Source of the DNA: Phoronis australis
Taxonomy: Eukaryota > Animalia > Phoronida
Direction: 5' to 3'
Length of the DNA stretch: 64,000 bases
Assembly (NCBI GenBank): GCA_002633005.1
Contig: NMRA01000260.1
Coordinates: forward strand, 397,907 to 461,906
The position numbers and the translations under genes were made by a program. Shown one piece after another: positions 51,701-62,133 of this stretch; positions within the stretch are counted from its first letter, which is position 1; each line of letters opens with the position of its first letter. Below the pieces are notes generated by a model, which saw only the letters and a program-made list of their open reading frames with translations, made no database searches and was not told where the DNA came from.

Positions 51701-54700
51701 CATTTACATTACTGGCGTTTTGCTGCTAATGAAAGTATTACCGAATATGCTAGTGCTTTATTTAGCCAGTAAGTGAACTGGGTATCAAACTTGACTCAGA
51801 CTTAAATTTAACCACTGCAGGATTCGATTACAAATTTGATAGCTTACTCGAAGCAGGACATTGAATTAGTCAGTTCTTGAATCAATTGTTGAGAGGCCAT
51901 GATTCTTACACTGATTGACCTCACACAACTTTCTTCATGTTTAACCTTTACTTTTTTAACGTAAATATTCCAAAGTCTATGATACTTTATTTTTTGCAAC
52001 TAATCTGGTTCCATGGGGACATATGAGAGCAAGTCTATTACTGGCATTATTGTTTTTGCATTAAAGAAACTTGTTCCTTCCAAAGTGAATTTCCACCTGA
52101 ACCAGTTCCATCATGTGTGACTTAAAGTTTCTATTTGAAGTAACTAGTGTGGCTTCAAAAGTGCTAGCGAAAACAATGAATTTTGGAGTAGCTCACACCT
52201 CCAGTGAAGTGCCAGCGAATGTGACCCTTGTGCCCATTCACATTACTGACAACTTGCTGCCATTTCATTACATATAACTCCTGTTTAGTCCGTATTCCAA
52301 ACGACGCCTGTTTTCAGGCGCCTGATCTCCATCTTTGTTTTGTTAATAGCCAGGCTCAGTCTTTTGTCCAATACCATGATGCAAACGCCAATTATTTACC
52401 ATGCTGAATGTAAACATTAATTAATGTAAACATGCATCGACTCAAAACTGTAGTAAACAAATAAAAATCCATTCGCAGTGTTTTGGTCTATTTTTATCGT
52501 ATTTCTTTACTAACTTTGCACGAGGAATTCAATTTCAGAAGCTAAACTCAAATTAATTAGTTCTTAACATTTCAATATATTTCAGTCAGTGTTTTATTGC
52601 CGAAAAGACACTGCCCCCCAACTCAAAATCCTGGATACATCCCTGGAGAAGCATTGTCCAACTACAAGATACAGTGCGGTTTCCTAATGTTGAGGGACGT
52701 GTCTGTCTGCTGTATTAGGGTTGGCTGCAGTATAATGGTTGGAACAATGAATTATTTTGCCATTCCGAGGAGAAGTTTAATTTAAGGCTTTGACAGTCAT
52801 TGAATTAGTAATGAGCACCATCCACTTCCCTCTCTCATATCTGACAGGACACTTTTGTTTTTCAGTTCTACCATCTTGTACAGCTTACGGCAACACATTC
52901 AAGGTGACCAGCGGTGATTGTAAATGTTACTCCCAGCAGGCACCAGGTCATCAACCCACGTACTCCCAATGTACAGATAATACTGGCTTCAACATCCAGA
53001 CGTGTACCTGTGACTGGCTCTATAACTTTGCCTGCAGCGGTCCTTCTTCTAGCACTTGCCCTGGGGACACTCCTCAGCCACTGCCTCAAGGTATAGTTAT
53101 CATGCTTTACTTGAGTGTCATGTGTTCTTCTGGATTTTTAAGCAGTAAAAGCGCGATGATGTCTCCACTTTCACAACCCTTACAGAAACTGGGTGAAATT
53201 GAGGTGTGCGACAAATCAAAGTAATCGGTGTGATTACGCGTATGGGGGTGGTCTTCAAATTCACCTAATGGGGCAATGCTGGGTCTCTTAAACCTGAATA
53301 ACTTACTGTGTCACGGTGACAAGCTAACTTGTAGAGCCTGACGTCAAGCACTAACCGTCAGACAGTTTAATCCCTGAAATCATCTCCAGTTTAACTAACC
53401 AACAATTTGAAACCAATTTCACGGTGTAAAGTGGTGTAAGTGGAAGGTATGTATCTGTAGATGTGTATTTCAGTGGACAGTTTTTGTTCACGTGTAATGT
53501 AGGACTGGTATAAGATTTCTTTGGAAAGATATTTAAAGACTTCTTCAATTAGGCTGGTTTCTAAATGGGAATTTTACCTGTTAAGTTGAAGGCCTTCTTG
53601 GTCAATTTGGCATATTTTGCTGTGCTTTAATGGGTGATTCTGAAACTTCTAGTTGATTTTTGTAGAACTGAAGTTAATCATAGCTCTTCCTTAGGCCGTG
53701 CACGTGATGCAATGATCAAGTTCTGAAACGATGTGTTCCCCCACTTTTCAGCTGTGTTAACTGTGCTCAATGGCCCAGAGACAGTCGCAGATTTTCAGTT
53801 CCACACCCTTACAAAACAGTTTGGTTTTGACTAATTTAGCAATGATGTCAGGAACGGATAATAAAACGAGATAAACAGAGATTCAGCTGATAAAACACTC
53901 ATGCATCACCAAATTTAGGCAAAGTATGGTGGGCAAGTGAAGTTTTTTCTCCTTTTTCATGCTTTTCCAATTTCAAGGATCTGTACCATTAGCCACCATC
54001 ACACTGTCTGGAGATTCACAACAATGTTGCAACTTTAATAATTGATAAAAGGGTAATGTTCTGCAATATTTTTGTACAGAATTAGAGAGCATTGGCCATA
54101 TTATCACATTTTAAAAACTGACTAAAAAGCATCAAAACTATCATTGGCCAAATGGGTGAATGTTCCGCTGGTAAATTACTTGTTAATTCTTATTAGAGGT
54201 GTATAGTAATTATTTGCGGCGTAAAGTAACTTAACCTGCAAATAATTATTTTACACCATGAAGTAATTATTACACTGTAATATAATAATTATTTTATGTC
54301 ATAAAGCAATTATTTGTGTCATTAAAAGTTATTTTACTCTGCAAATAATTACTTTGTGACGCAAATAATTACTTTCTGCAAATTGTTATTTTACACCTCT
54401 AACATGAATTAAGATGGAATTTACATGTGTAATGTTCATCCATTCGGCCAATGATACAAAACAGCTTTCTTGGCAAATACTCTTTCTTAAAGGAATATTA
54501 TTTTGCTCTTTAATATTCATTCCTTTGTGAATATGGCAATATGTTATGGTCACAAGACCAAATAATTTAGTTTAGCTGTTTTTGTACCTGCTCTTGTGAA
54601 GCATTTTGTTATCCATGTCCTAAATTTTATATTTTTCAGTAGCAACCGTGTGCCCCCCTGGGTGGCATTACATTGAGACTACCACGTGTTTCATGTTTTT

Positions 54701-56143
54701 CAACTATGATGGTGCAAGCAATTCATACAGCGCTGTGCGAGACTTTTGTAACAACAGAAATGGACACGTGGTGACAGTGAAAACACAAGCAGCCAAAGAT
54801 AACTTACAGAACATTCTGTCTCGGTAATTTGTGTATAGTGACCTAGTATTTGTTGCCTATTCTAAAAATGGTTTNGTTTCTAAATGGGAATTTTACCTGT
54901 TAAGTTGAAGGCCTTCTTGGTCAATTTGGCATATTTTGCTGTGCTTTAATGGGTGATTCTGAAACTTCTAGTTGATTTTTGTAGAACTGAAGTTAATCAT
55001 AGCTCTTCCTTAGGCCGTGCACGTGATGCAATGATCAAGTTCTGAAACGATGTGTTCCCCCACTTTTCAGCTGTGTTAACTGTGCTCAATGGCCCAGAGA
55101 CAGTCGCAGATTTTCAGTTCCACACCCTTACAAAACAATTTGCTTTTGACTAATTTAGCAATGATGTCAGGAACGGATAATAAAACGAGATAAACAGAGA
55201 TTCAGCTGATAAAACACTCATGCATCACCAAATTTAGGAAAAGTATGGTGGGCAAGTGAAGTTTTTTCTCCTTTTTCATGCTTTTCCAATTTCAAGGATC
55301 TGTACCATTAGCCACCATCACACTGTCTGGAGATTCACAACAATGTTGCAACTTTAATAATTGATCAAAGGGTAAATGTTCTGCATTATTTTTGTACAGA
55401 ATTAGAGAGCATTGGCCATATTATCACATTTTAAAAACTGACTAAAAAGCATCAAAACTATCATTGGCCAAATGGGTTAATGTTCCGCTGGTAAATTACT
55501 TGTTAATTCTTATTAGAGGTGTATAGTAATTATTTGCGGCGCAAAGTAACTTAACCTGCAAATATTTATTTTACGCCATGAAGTAATAATTACACTGTAA
55601 TATAATAATTATTTTATGTCATAAAGCAATTATTTGTGTCATTAAAAGTTATTTTACTCTGCAAATAATTACTTTGTGACGCAAATAATTACTTTCTGCA
55701 AATTGTTATTTTACACCTCTAACATGAATTAACATGGAATTTACATGTGTAATGTTTATCCATTCGGCCAGTGATACAAAACAGCTTTCTTGGCAAATAC
55801 TCTTTCTTAAAGGAATATTATTTTGCTCTTTAATATTCATTCCTTTGTGAATATGACAATATGTTATGGTCACAAGACCAAATAATTTAGTTAAGCTGTT
55901 TTTGTACCTGCTCTTGTGAAGCATTTTGTTATTCATGTCCTAAATTTTATATTTTTCAGTAGCAACCGTGTGCCCCCCTGGGTGGCATTACATTGAGACT
56001 ACCACGTGTTTCATGTTCTTCAACTATGATGGTGCGAGCAATTCATACAGCGCTGTGCGAGACTTTTGTAACAACAGAAATGGACACGTGGTGACAGTGA
56101 AAACACAAGCAGCCAAAGATAACTTACAGAACATTCTGTCTCG
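30408..56143 (+). CDS. Secreted mosaic protein (3'-partial): signal peptide-Kringle-7xSushi/CCP-TSP1-PAN/Apple-Kringle-CBM14-like-C-type lectin
   Basis: Exons 30408-30720, 33980-34153, 34504-34677, 35275-35448, 36395-36568, 37515-37688, 38101-38274, 39114-39287, 40225-40428, 43019-43291, 44492-44740, 48743-48967 (copy 52866-53090), 54640-54823 (copy 55960-56143). All are GT-AG and every intron up to the lectin exon is phase 1, so they join in one frame (~890 aa counting each duplicated exon once). No stop-codon exon found in the window. Confidence 0.8.
33980..39287 (+). CDS. Seven 174-nt Sushi/CCP exons (starts 33980, 34504, 35275, 36395, 37515, 38101, 39114)
   Basis: Each encodes CGDPGxVANA...VTYxCNSGY...RQCQSSGSWSGxxPxC; each has AG/GT boundaries and phase 1-1. 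Confidence 0.92.
35275..37692 (+). repeat. 1120-bp tandem duplication (Sushi exon + intron), ~2.2 units
   Basis: Exon starts 35275, 36395, 37515; the introns are near-identical, with only scattered substitutions. Confidence 0.93.
40225..40428 (+). CDS. Mosaic protein exon: thrombospondin type-1 repeat
   Basis: GGWSxxFGPWxxxCTPCGTRTRRKLCNNPPP...CSG...ETEQC; taag acceptor, G|GTAATG donor. Confidence 0.85.
41822..41940 (+). mobile_element. tRNA-derived SINE-like fragment
   Basis: A-box TAGCTCAATGG (41826) and B-box-like AGTTCGAGTCC (41863); no complete cloverleaf. Confidence 0.4.
43019..43291 (+). CDS. Mosaic protein exon: PAN/Apple domain
   Basis: SITDCARLCHVDAFCQSADY...QTCVYNS (CxxxC...C...C); ttttag acceptor, G|GTGAGG donor. 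Confidence 0.82.
44492..44740 (+). CDS. Mosaic protein exon: Kringle 2
   Basis: GTDYQGKIRTTITGKTCQRWDTQSPH...ENFCRNPS...[20 protein letters not shown]. Confidence 0.92.
45480..45502. repeat. (CA)n microsatellite
   Basis: Direct reading. Confidence 0.85.
45870..47360 (+). mobile_element. Degenerate non-LTR retrotransposon 3' part (RT thumb + RNase H + Cys/His tail; I/Ingi/Nimb-like group)
   Basis: KKLTGTSWGA, YSDGS, WILSHCSISGNEKAD, FRLRTGHCQLLSH, ECPCG..TPEHLLQSC in shifting frames with stops. Confidence 0.85.
48743..48967 (+). CDS. Mosaic protein exon: chitin-binding type-2 (CBM14/peritrophin-A)-like domain, copy 1
   Basis: C...GDCKCYSQ...QCTDNTGFNIQTCTCDWLYNFAC resembles the CBM14 pattern DC..Y..C...CP.G..F......CDW.....C; phase 1-1. 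Confidence 0.7.
50165..51500 (+). mobile_element. Second diverged copy of the same LINE fragment
   Basis: Collinear with ~45980-47360 including the same internal insertion; different indels. Confidence 0.85.
52866..53090 (+). CDS. CBM14-like exon, copy 2 (offset 4123; possibly an assembly duplicate)
   Basis: Same translation as 48743-48967. Confidence 0.65.
54139..54456. mobile_element. MITE with long imperfect TIRs and internal AT-rich ~21-bp repeats (copy at 55459-55776)
   Basis: TATCATTGGCCAAATGGGTGAA / TTCATCCATTCGGCCAATGATA; TTAGAGGTGTA / TACACCTCTAA. Confidence 0.7.
54640..54823 (+). CDS. Mosaic protein exon: N-terminal half of a C-type lectin domain, copy 1
   Basis: Not in the ORF track. 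Reads VCPPGWHYIETTTCFMFFNYDGASNSYSAVRDFCNNRNGHVVTVKTQAAKDNLQNILS (CPxGW..C..W/Y..A..C...GHL pattern); tttcag acceptor, phase-2 donor CG|GTAATT. Confidence 0.8.
55960..56143 (+). CDS. C-type lectin exon, copy 2 (offset 1320; likely an assembly duplicate)
   Basis: Same translation as 54640-54823 with synonymous differences; lies after the N at 54875. Confidence 0.65.
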
Positions 56144-57001
56144 GTAATTTGTGTATAGTGACCTAGTATTTGTTGCCTATTCTAAAAATGGTTTCAGAAG
56201 ACAGTAGGTTTAGAATGAAGATAATTCGGTCATGTTCTAGGTGCATAAATAAGTATAGGTGATTGTTTTAAAATTAAGTACGCATCTTGTGTTTATAGCA
56301 AGCATTTTCTTGGCTTTGTATTTCTGTTTTTTCTTCACTCTTGGTTGCTAACAAGCTCCGAGTGGTTGGAGCGCTGGCCTGACAACTTATAGGTCCCTAG
56401 TTCAAATCTCATCTTCAGGAAAAAATGTCAGAAATTCCAAAAAAAATCCAAAACAAATTACATAACGCTGCTTCTAACAATGCGGTAACACCTGAAAAAT
56501 ATCCGGAGAATTAACTGACAGTTAGACAGTTAAAAATTTTGCACTTAATTTAAGCAGGCTACTGATTGTTGTATTAGTGAAGCATTGTTATTATTGAGAA
56601 TTGGTGTTATCACCAACTCAAATGAACAGTTCTGGAAAGTAACTAGGAGCTATTTATGCATGTTAAAGCTACAATTTTTCTTCTTTGGCTGGCTAAATAA
56701 CGAAAATTGAATTAAAATATGTTAAAATTTTTCCAATTTGGGACGTGCTCTAGAACGGAAATTTACGCAAAAATTTAATTTTTTGAATCTGGAATTTTTG
56801 ACAAGGATAATTTTGTTGTTCATCATATTTATCAAATTTCAGGCAATGTGTTTTCAATCTACAGAGTGTATAGTTTACATGGTACACAAATAAAGTCCTG
56901 TACACAGACTTACCCTAGAACAACTTGCACTGCTGCAACTAGTACCATAATTAAGGTGAAGCGTCCACAAGCACACACATATCTGATAACTTGCACAAGG
57001 C

Positions 57002-60000
57002 TGTTGTGTTCGTAGAACCAGTAAAACAACACAGATGAGAGTAAAATATAATACGTCTATTCGCTTGGAGAACTAATACAAGAAGGGGACGAGCAGGTGG
57101 CTTGTGGGCATAAATACCACGTGACTATATTCTAAGGAAAACCACAAGCAGCATTGCCAATACACAACATCCCTCTACCCTTAGCTAACTACTGCAAACG
57201 TAAATAACATGGAGGAACACTTCAAACTAAACACGAACATGCATGTAACACACTGTCAACAGTCTTGTTTGTAAAACGATTCTAAGTGTCCAGTCATAAC
57301 TAAGACGATGTATCACACTGCTGTATGCTGTAAGGTGATCCTACTGATGACTGAAGCTAGTTATAATAAGTAGTAATTAAAAGTTCAGCCTGTCTGGTTG
57401 GATTGATTTCCTTCCGGAACGTGTCACAATTACAGACGAATCAGTTGGTGGATTTTCTACGGGTAATCGTACGGTAGTAGTGTTCGAATCCGCAGTGGGA
57501 TGTGTATGATCGACCACAGGCGTAGAAGGTTGTTCCGTCAACCGAGTTGGCGGTACGAAGGCTTGTGGCGGCGGTAAGTTACTTGGCGGTGGGCCAAACG
57601 TGGTTGAAGATGGGTTGTCTTCCGGTGTGCGTCGTACTATGTGGTCTACGTGACGCTTCCAATTCCGTTTATTGGACAACTCCACCAAGAATGACACGGG
57701 TCCTTGTTGTTCTATGATCATGCCAGGGACCCAGGTGGGTGAGCCGGCGAAGTTTCTCACAAGTACCGTATCTCCGGCGCAAAAGTCACGTGTGTCATGT
57801 GCGCGTTGCGCACTTGACTGTTTCTGTAGAACACGCTGTCTGAGGTCCGGCACAGCTAAGTCCAAACGTGAACGCGGCCTCCTCGACATTAATAATTCTG
57901 CGGGTGGTCTACCTGTCGCAGAGTGTGGTGTAATGCGATGACGCGCTAAGAATGTGTAAAGGCGGGTTTCCATGTCGCCTTCCAACCTGGCCATTCCGGT
58001 CTTGACGATTTTAACCGCAGCCTCGGCCGCACCATTACTCGCAGGGTGGTACGGCGCACTAAACGTATGTTTAATACCATTGTTCCGACAGAACTTGGCA
58101 AAATCAGCACTGGCGAAACCAGAACCGTTGTCAGACACAATCATTACGGGCAGTCCATGCGTGGCAAAGCACTGACGTAATTTCCTGACTGTTGCCTCGG
58201 TTGAAGTACTGTCGGTGATGTACGCGTCGATAAATTTACTGTGAGCGTCCACAATTACAAGAATGTATTTCCCGTTCTTCATTGGACCTGCATAGTCGAT
58301 ATGAATTCGGTGCCATGGTACTCCAGGCCACTCCCAAGGGTGAACTTTGGCGTGCTGTGGCGACTGGGTATTTTCCTTGCACGCCTGGCATTGCCGAACA
58401 CACTGTTCGATGTCCACATCGATAGACGGCCACCAAATGTAAGAACGTGCCAAGTTCTTCATTCGGACGATACCGGGATGTGAACCGTGTAATTCATCCA
58501 ATAAGGCGGTACGCCCCTGAGGAGGTATGATAACACGCGCTCCCCATAATAAACATCCGTCCTGAACCGTAAGTTCATGTCGGCGGGAGAAATATTGGGC
58601 AATCAAATCGTTCGCAGTGTCAGGAAAACCTTGCAAGACACAACGGTACACAGCCGACGTAATCGGGTCTTGTTGTGTCCAGCGCTGTATCTTGGATACA
58701 GTGACAGGCGTAAAATCCATCTGAGTTAACGACAAAACCACTTCCTCAGGCACGGGCACCTGAAATGGTTTACACTCCAGCGGCAGTCTACTAAGTGCGT
58801 CGGCGTTGCCGTTAGACTGTCCAGACTTGTGTCGTAAAACGTAGTTATAACCTGACAACATTAGGGCCCATCGTTTCATACGTGAGCTACACATAGCCGG
58901 TATGGCGGTGCCCTCACGTAAAATCCCTAAAAGAGGCAAATGGTCCGTTACTATTGTGAAATTACGTCCATACAAATAACTGTGGAAGTGTTTCACCCCA
59001 AAGATGATAGCCAATGCTTCGCGATCAATCTGTGCATAATTCTTCTCAGCTGGTGCTAAAGTCCGAGAAGCAAACGCTATTGGTCTTTCAGAACTGTCTT
59101 CCAAGACGTGTGATAATACCGCGCCAACACCGTAGGGTGAAGCATCGCAGCTCAACAACAAAGGATATTCCGGTTGATAATGAACAAGCAAATTCGTGGA
59201 TGTTAACAAACGTTTTGAATGTTGAAACGCGTCGGATTCGCGTTTGCCCCAACGCCATTTGACACCGTTGCGTAGCAAGGCGTAGAGTGGTGCCAAAACA
59301 GAACTGGCATTGTCCAGAAACTTGTGGTAGTAATTCAGCAATCCAACGTACGAGCGTAACTCCGATACGTTGCGCGGAGCGGGTGCCTGCACAATCGCCG
59401 TGACTTTCTCTTTCGTGGGGCGTATGCCTGCCCCGTCCAGACGGTGTCCCAAGTAAGTGACCGACGTTTGGTTGAACACGCATTTTTCTCTCTTCAAACG
59501 GAACCCGTTGTTCTTCAGGCGTTCCAAAACCTGTTCCAGGTTGGCTTTATGCTCAGCCGCGTTACGACCAGCCACCAAAATGTCGTCTAGATACACAGTG
59601 CACATAGGAATACCTCGCACTACCTGTTCCATGGTACGCTGAAACAGGCCGGGGGCAGAGGATATCCCGAACGGAACGCGGGTATAAGCTAGTAATCCAT
59701 GACTCAGAGTGTTGAGGGTAGTTAACTTTTGAGAAGGTTCAGTTAGCTCCAACTGTTGATATGCGTGACTTAAGTCCAGCTTAGAATAAATCTGACCACC
59801 GGCAAGTTTGGTAAATAAATCGTCTATTCGTGGAATAGGGTACTTATCAACCAATCCAGCTTTGTTCAACGTGGAACGATAATCACCACAAATGCGAACG
59901 TCGCCCGAGTTTTTCAACACGGGAACCACGGGCGTAGCCCACTCCGACGAGCTCACTGACTTCAACACCCCATCGTTGATTAATCGGTTCAACTCCAATT

Positions 60001-61548
60001 CGACTTTTTCACGTAAAGCGTATGGGACTGGGCGTGCCTTCATGTAGACGGGTGTGGTCTCCGGATTGACATTCAAAGACACCTGTCCTCCAGTGTATTT
60101 TCCTAATTCGTCACGGAAAAGTTCCTCGTAACGTTGCAAAACAGCTAACTCGTGCACAGTATTCGTGGCCGTGTACACTCGTTTCCAGTCCAACCGCAAA
60201 CGATTAAGCCAATTACGCCCTAATAGACTTGGGCCCGAATTTGTGACCAGTAGGGGGAGTCGATACTCCTGGTTATCTTGAGTCACGTTGACCTCGGCCT
60301 CACGTGACCGGACTTCCGCACCCCCATAGCCGACAAGTATGACGTGAGAGTCTACAAGAGGCTCGTTGTTTGTGCAAATGTTTGACCACACATCTTCATT
60401 GACCACACTGAACTTGGCGCCAGTGTCTAATTCCATAGAAACAATCTGGCCATTGATAATAACGTCCACCATGTGTGGCGGATCAGCACTGGGTGCGGAC
60501 TCGCTGTCTATGCGATACATATTGTTGTAAACAAACGAGCGATCTGATTGATCACTTCCGAGCCAATTCGTGGAATTGGCCCTACCTCGTTGAGGCTTTG
60601 TGGTCGGTTTTGAGCGACACTGAGACTGAAAATGATTCAGAATACCGCAGCGATGACATTTCTCTCCCCATGCTGGGCACTTTCGCCGATCCGTACACTG
60701 TCCCCCACAACCAACACACTTTTGTGCTTTTCCACGGTTACCATGTTTGTGATTGTGCCGGTACGGCTGTATGTGAGGAACTGGCTGTTTGCCACTCACT
60801 TGGTTCGTAGTAACAGTACTTGTACTTACAATTTGTGGGGCCATCGCCAACCCTTGCTGGGTTGCCGCTTCTTGTGTGCGTCCATAAGTTAATAAATCCG
60901 CAACGCTAATCGTAGGTTCCGTGAGTCCTTTATGGCGCACTTTCTCCATCGTAGTCTTTTGAATAATCTGTGATTTGATCTCCCGATCAACGTCGGCGAA
61001 ATCGCAATGTTTCGCAAGCGTCCGTAACCGAGCGCAAAACATATCTAAAGTCTCAGACGTGGTCTGGGTGGCTTGTCGGAATTGGTAAACTTCATATTCT
61101 GTATTTCGCTTCGGCGAAAAATGGTCCGAAAGTTTCTTTTTCAATTGGTCGTATGTCTCATTTTCTTCCGTAGGAAGAGAATCATTTATGACAAAGACTT
61201 CCTCCCCCGCATAGTGCAGAAGCGTGGCTTTCTTGCGCGGATCCTGAGTAATGTTCTTTGCCACCAAATAATTGTCAAGTCCCTTAATCCACAATTCCCA
61301 ATGGGAACCAGCCGACTCCGTGGGATGAAGAATAAATGGTTTAATCGCAAGATCTTCCATTTGTATCCTCGTCGCCAAAATGTTGTGTTCGTAGAACCAG
61401 TAAAACAACACAGATGAGAGTAAAATATAATACGTCTATTCACTTGGAGAACTAATACAAGAAGGGGACGAGCACGTGGCTTGTGGGTATAAATACCACG
61501 TGACTATATTCTAAGGAAAACCACAAGCAGCATTGCCAATACACAACA
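57002..61548 (-). mobile_element. Full-length Ty3/Gypsy LTR retrotransposon, Mag-like
   Basis: 168-bp LTRs at 57002-57169 and 61381-61548 (TGTTGTGT...ACACAACA, 3 mismatches); 5-bp TSD AAGGC (56997-57001, 61549-61553); PBS TGGCGACGAGGAT (minus, 61377-61365, complementary to the tRNA-Ser(GCU) 3' end as I recall it); PPT AAGGGTAGAGGGA next to the 3' LTR. Confidence 0.95.
57377..61360 (-). CDS. Gag-Pol polyprotein (single ORF, 1327 aa from the ATG at 61360)
   Basis: CCHC knuckle CHRCGILNHFQSQC, protease ELDTGA, RT YLDD, RNase H CDAS, integrase HH-CC plus DDE core, C-terminal GPVSF; domain order PR-RT-RH-IN indicates Gypsy. Confidence 0.95.
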   Translation of the reverse strand: MEDLAIKPFILHPTESAGSHWELWIKGLDNYLVAKNITQDPRKKATLLHYAGEEVFVINDSLPTEENETYDQLKKKLSDHFSPKRNTEYEVYQFRQATQTTSETLDMFCARLRTLAKHCDFADVDREIKSQIIQKTTMEKVRHKGLTEPTISVADLLTYGRTQEAATQQGLAMAPQIVSTSTVTTNQVSGKQPVPHIQPYRHNHKHGNRGKAQKCVGCGGQCTDRRKCPAWGEKCHRCGILNHFQSQCRSKPTTKPQRGRANSTNWLGSDQSDRSFVYNNMYRIDSESAPSADPPHMVDVIINGQIVSMELDTGAKFSVVNEDVWSNICTNNEPLVDSHVILVGYGGAEVRSREAEVNVTQDNQEYRLPLLVTNSGPSLLGRNWLNRLRLDWKRVYTATNTVHELAVLQRYEELFRDELGKYTGGQVSLNVNPETTPVYMKARPVPYALREKVELELNRLINDGVLKSVSSSEWATPVVPVLKNSGDVRICGDYRSTLNKAGLVDKYPIPRIDDLFTKLAGGQIYSKLDLSHAYQQLELTEPSQKLTTLNTLSHGLLAYTRVPFGISSAPGLFQRTMEQVVRGIPMCTVYLDDILVAGRNAAEHKANLEQVLERLKNNGFRLKREKCVFNQTSVTYLGHRLDGAGIRPTKEKVTAIVQAPAPRNVSELRSYVGLLNYYHKFLDNASSVLAPLYALLRNGVKWRWGKRESDAFQHSKRLLTSTNLLVHYQPEYPLLLSCDASPYGVGAVLSHVLEDSSERPIAFASRTLAPAEKNYAQIDREALAIIFGVKHFHSYLYGRNFTIVTDHLPLLGILREGTAIPAMCSSRMKRWALMLSGYNYVLRHKSGQSNGNADALSRLPLECKPFQVPVPEEVVLSLTQMDFTPVTVSKIQRWTQQDPITSAVYRCVLQGFPDTANDLIAQYFSRRHELTVQDGCLLWGARVIIPPQGRTALLDELHGSHPGIVRMKNLARSYIWWPSIDVDIEQCVRQCQACKENTQSPQHAKVHPWEWPGVPWHRIHIDYAGPMKNGKYILVIVDAHSKFIDAYITDSTSTEATVRKLRQCFATHGLPVMIVSDNGSGFASADFAKFCRNNGIKHTFSAPYHPASNGAAEAAVKIVKTGMARLEGDMETRLYTFLARHRITPHSATGRPPAELLMSRRPRSRLDLAVPDLRQRVLQKQSSAQRAHDTRDFCAGDTVLVRNFAGSPTWVPGMIIEQQGPVSFLVELSNKRNWKRHVDHIVRRTPEDNPSSTTFGPPPSNLPPPQAFVPPTRLTEQPSTPVVDHTHPTADSNTTTVRLPVENPPTDSSVIVTRSGRKSIQPDRLNF

Positions 61549-62133
61549 AAGGCAAAAGTTGTCACTCTGTGCATGGCAATGAACAGCTCAGTTGTGAATA
61601 TGGCACACCAAAGATGATCCGTCTGTACCGTCAACACCTGATAATTACTTCCGCCTTGCCCCTGGTTTGCGGCCACACAATGATAAGTTACCTTGAGAAG
61701 ATGGAGTAAGTTGTCACAAGTAGGGCATGTTGCTCTAGTTTAAATTGTGTCCAGACAGTCCCCAAACCTATTGACAACTAGTTCCAGGAGTAACTTAATC
61801 TAAGGTCAGGCTATGTGTGAACGGCACTTAAGGATCCTCTCAAACCTTGTTTACAAAATTGGCCGTTTTTACAATATTTCACTTATGCCTAACAAAATAC
61901 ATTATATTCATTCTCGAGGAACTTCAAATATGAAATATATATGGTGTAGCGAGAAAAAAGATTTAGCAGAACCACCTTGGAACCGCGCAACTGCATGGAA
62001 ATTTGTTTATTTCTTATCTGAGGTCAAAGGTTACAGGGCTGTCACTCAAATGAAATCTCCCGCCAGGCATAGGGCAGCTTCGTATGTTCTCTCAGTCCAT
62101 TTATTCATAATTTTAGTCAGCGAGGTGTACATN

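Larger units (their letters stand above)
53557..56194. repeat. ~1320-bp direct duplication centred on the N at 54875
   Basis: 53557-54874 recurs at 54876-56194 with scattered SNPs. Confidence 0.9.

Noticed and set aside
53557-56194. Real tandem duplication of the C-type lectin exon
   Set aside because: The copies abut exactly at an N, and a phase 1-2 exon repeated would break the frame; most likely overlapping haplotigs.
56353-56412. tRNA-like stretch (AGCTCCGAGTGG...AGTTCAAATC)
   Set aside because: Too degenerate to call; at most a SINE relic.
61361-61411. N-terminal 17 aa of the 1344-aa ORF
   Set aside because: They lie in the LTR/PBS; the first ATG after the PBS is at 61360.
57672-61417. 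Plus-strand ORFs overlapping the Gypsy element
   Set aside because: Antisense shadows of gag-pol with no recognisable motifs.
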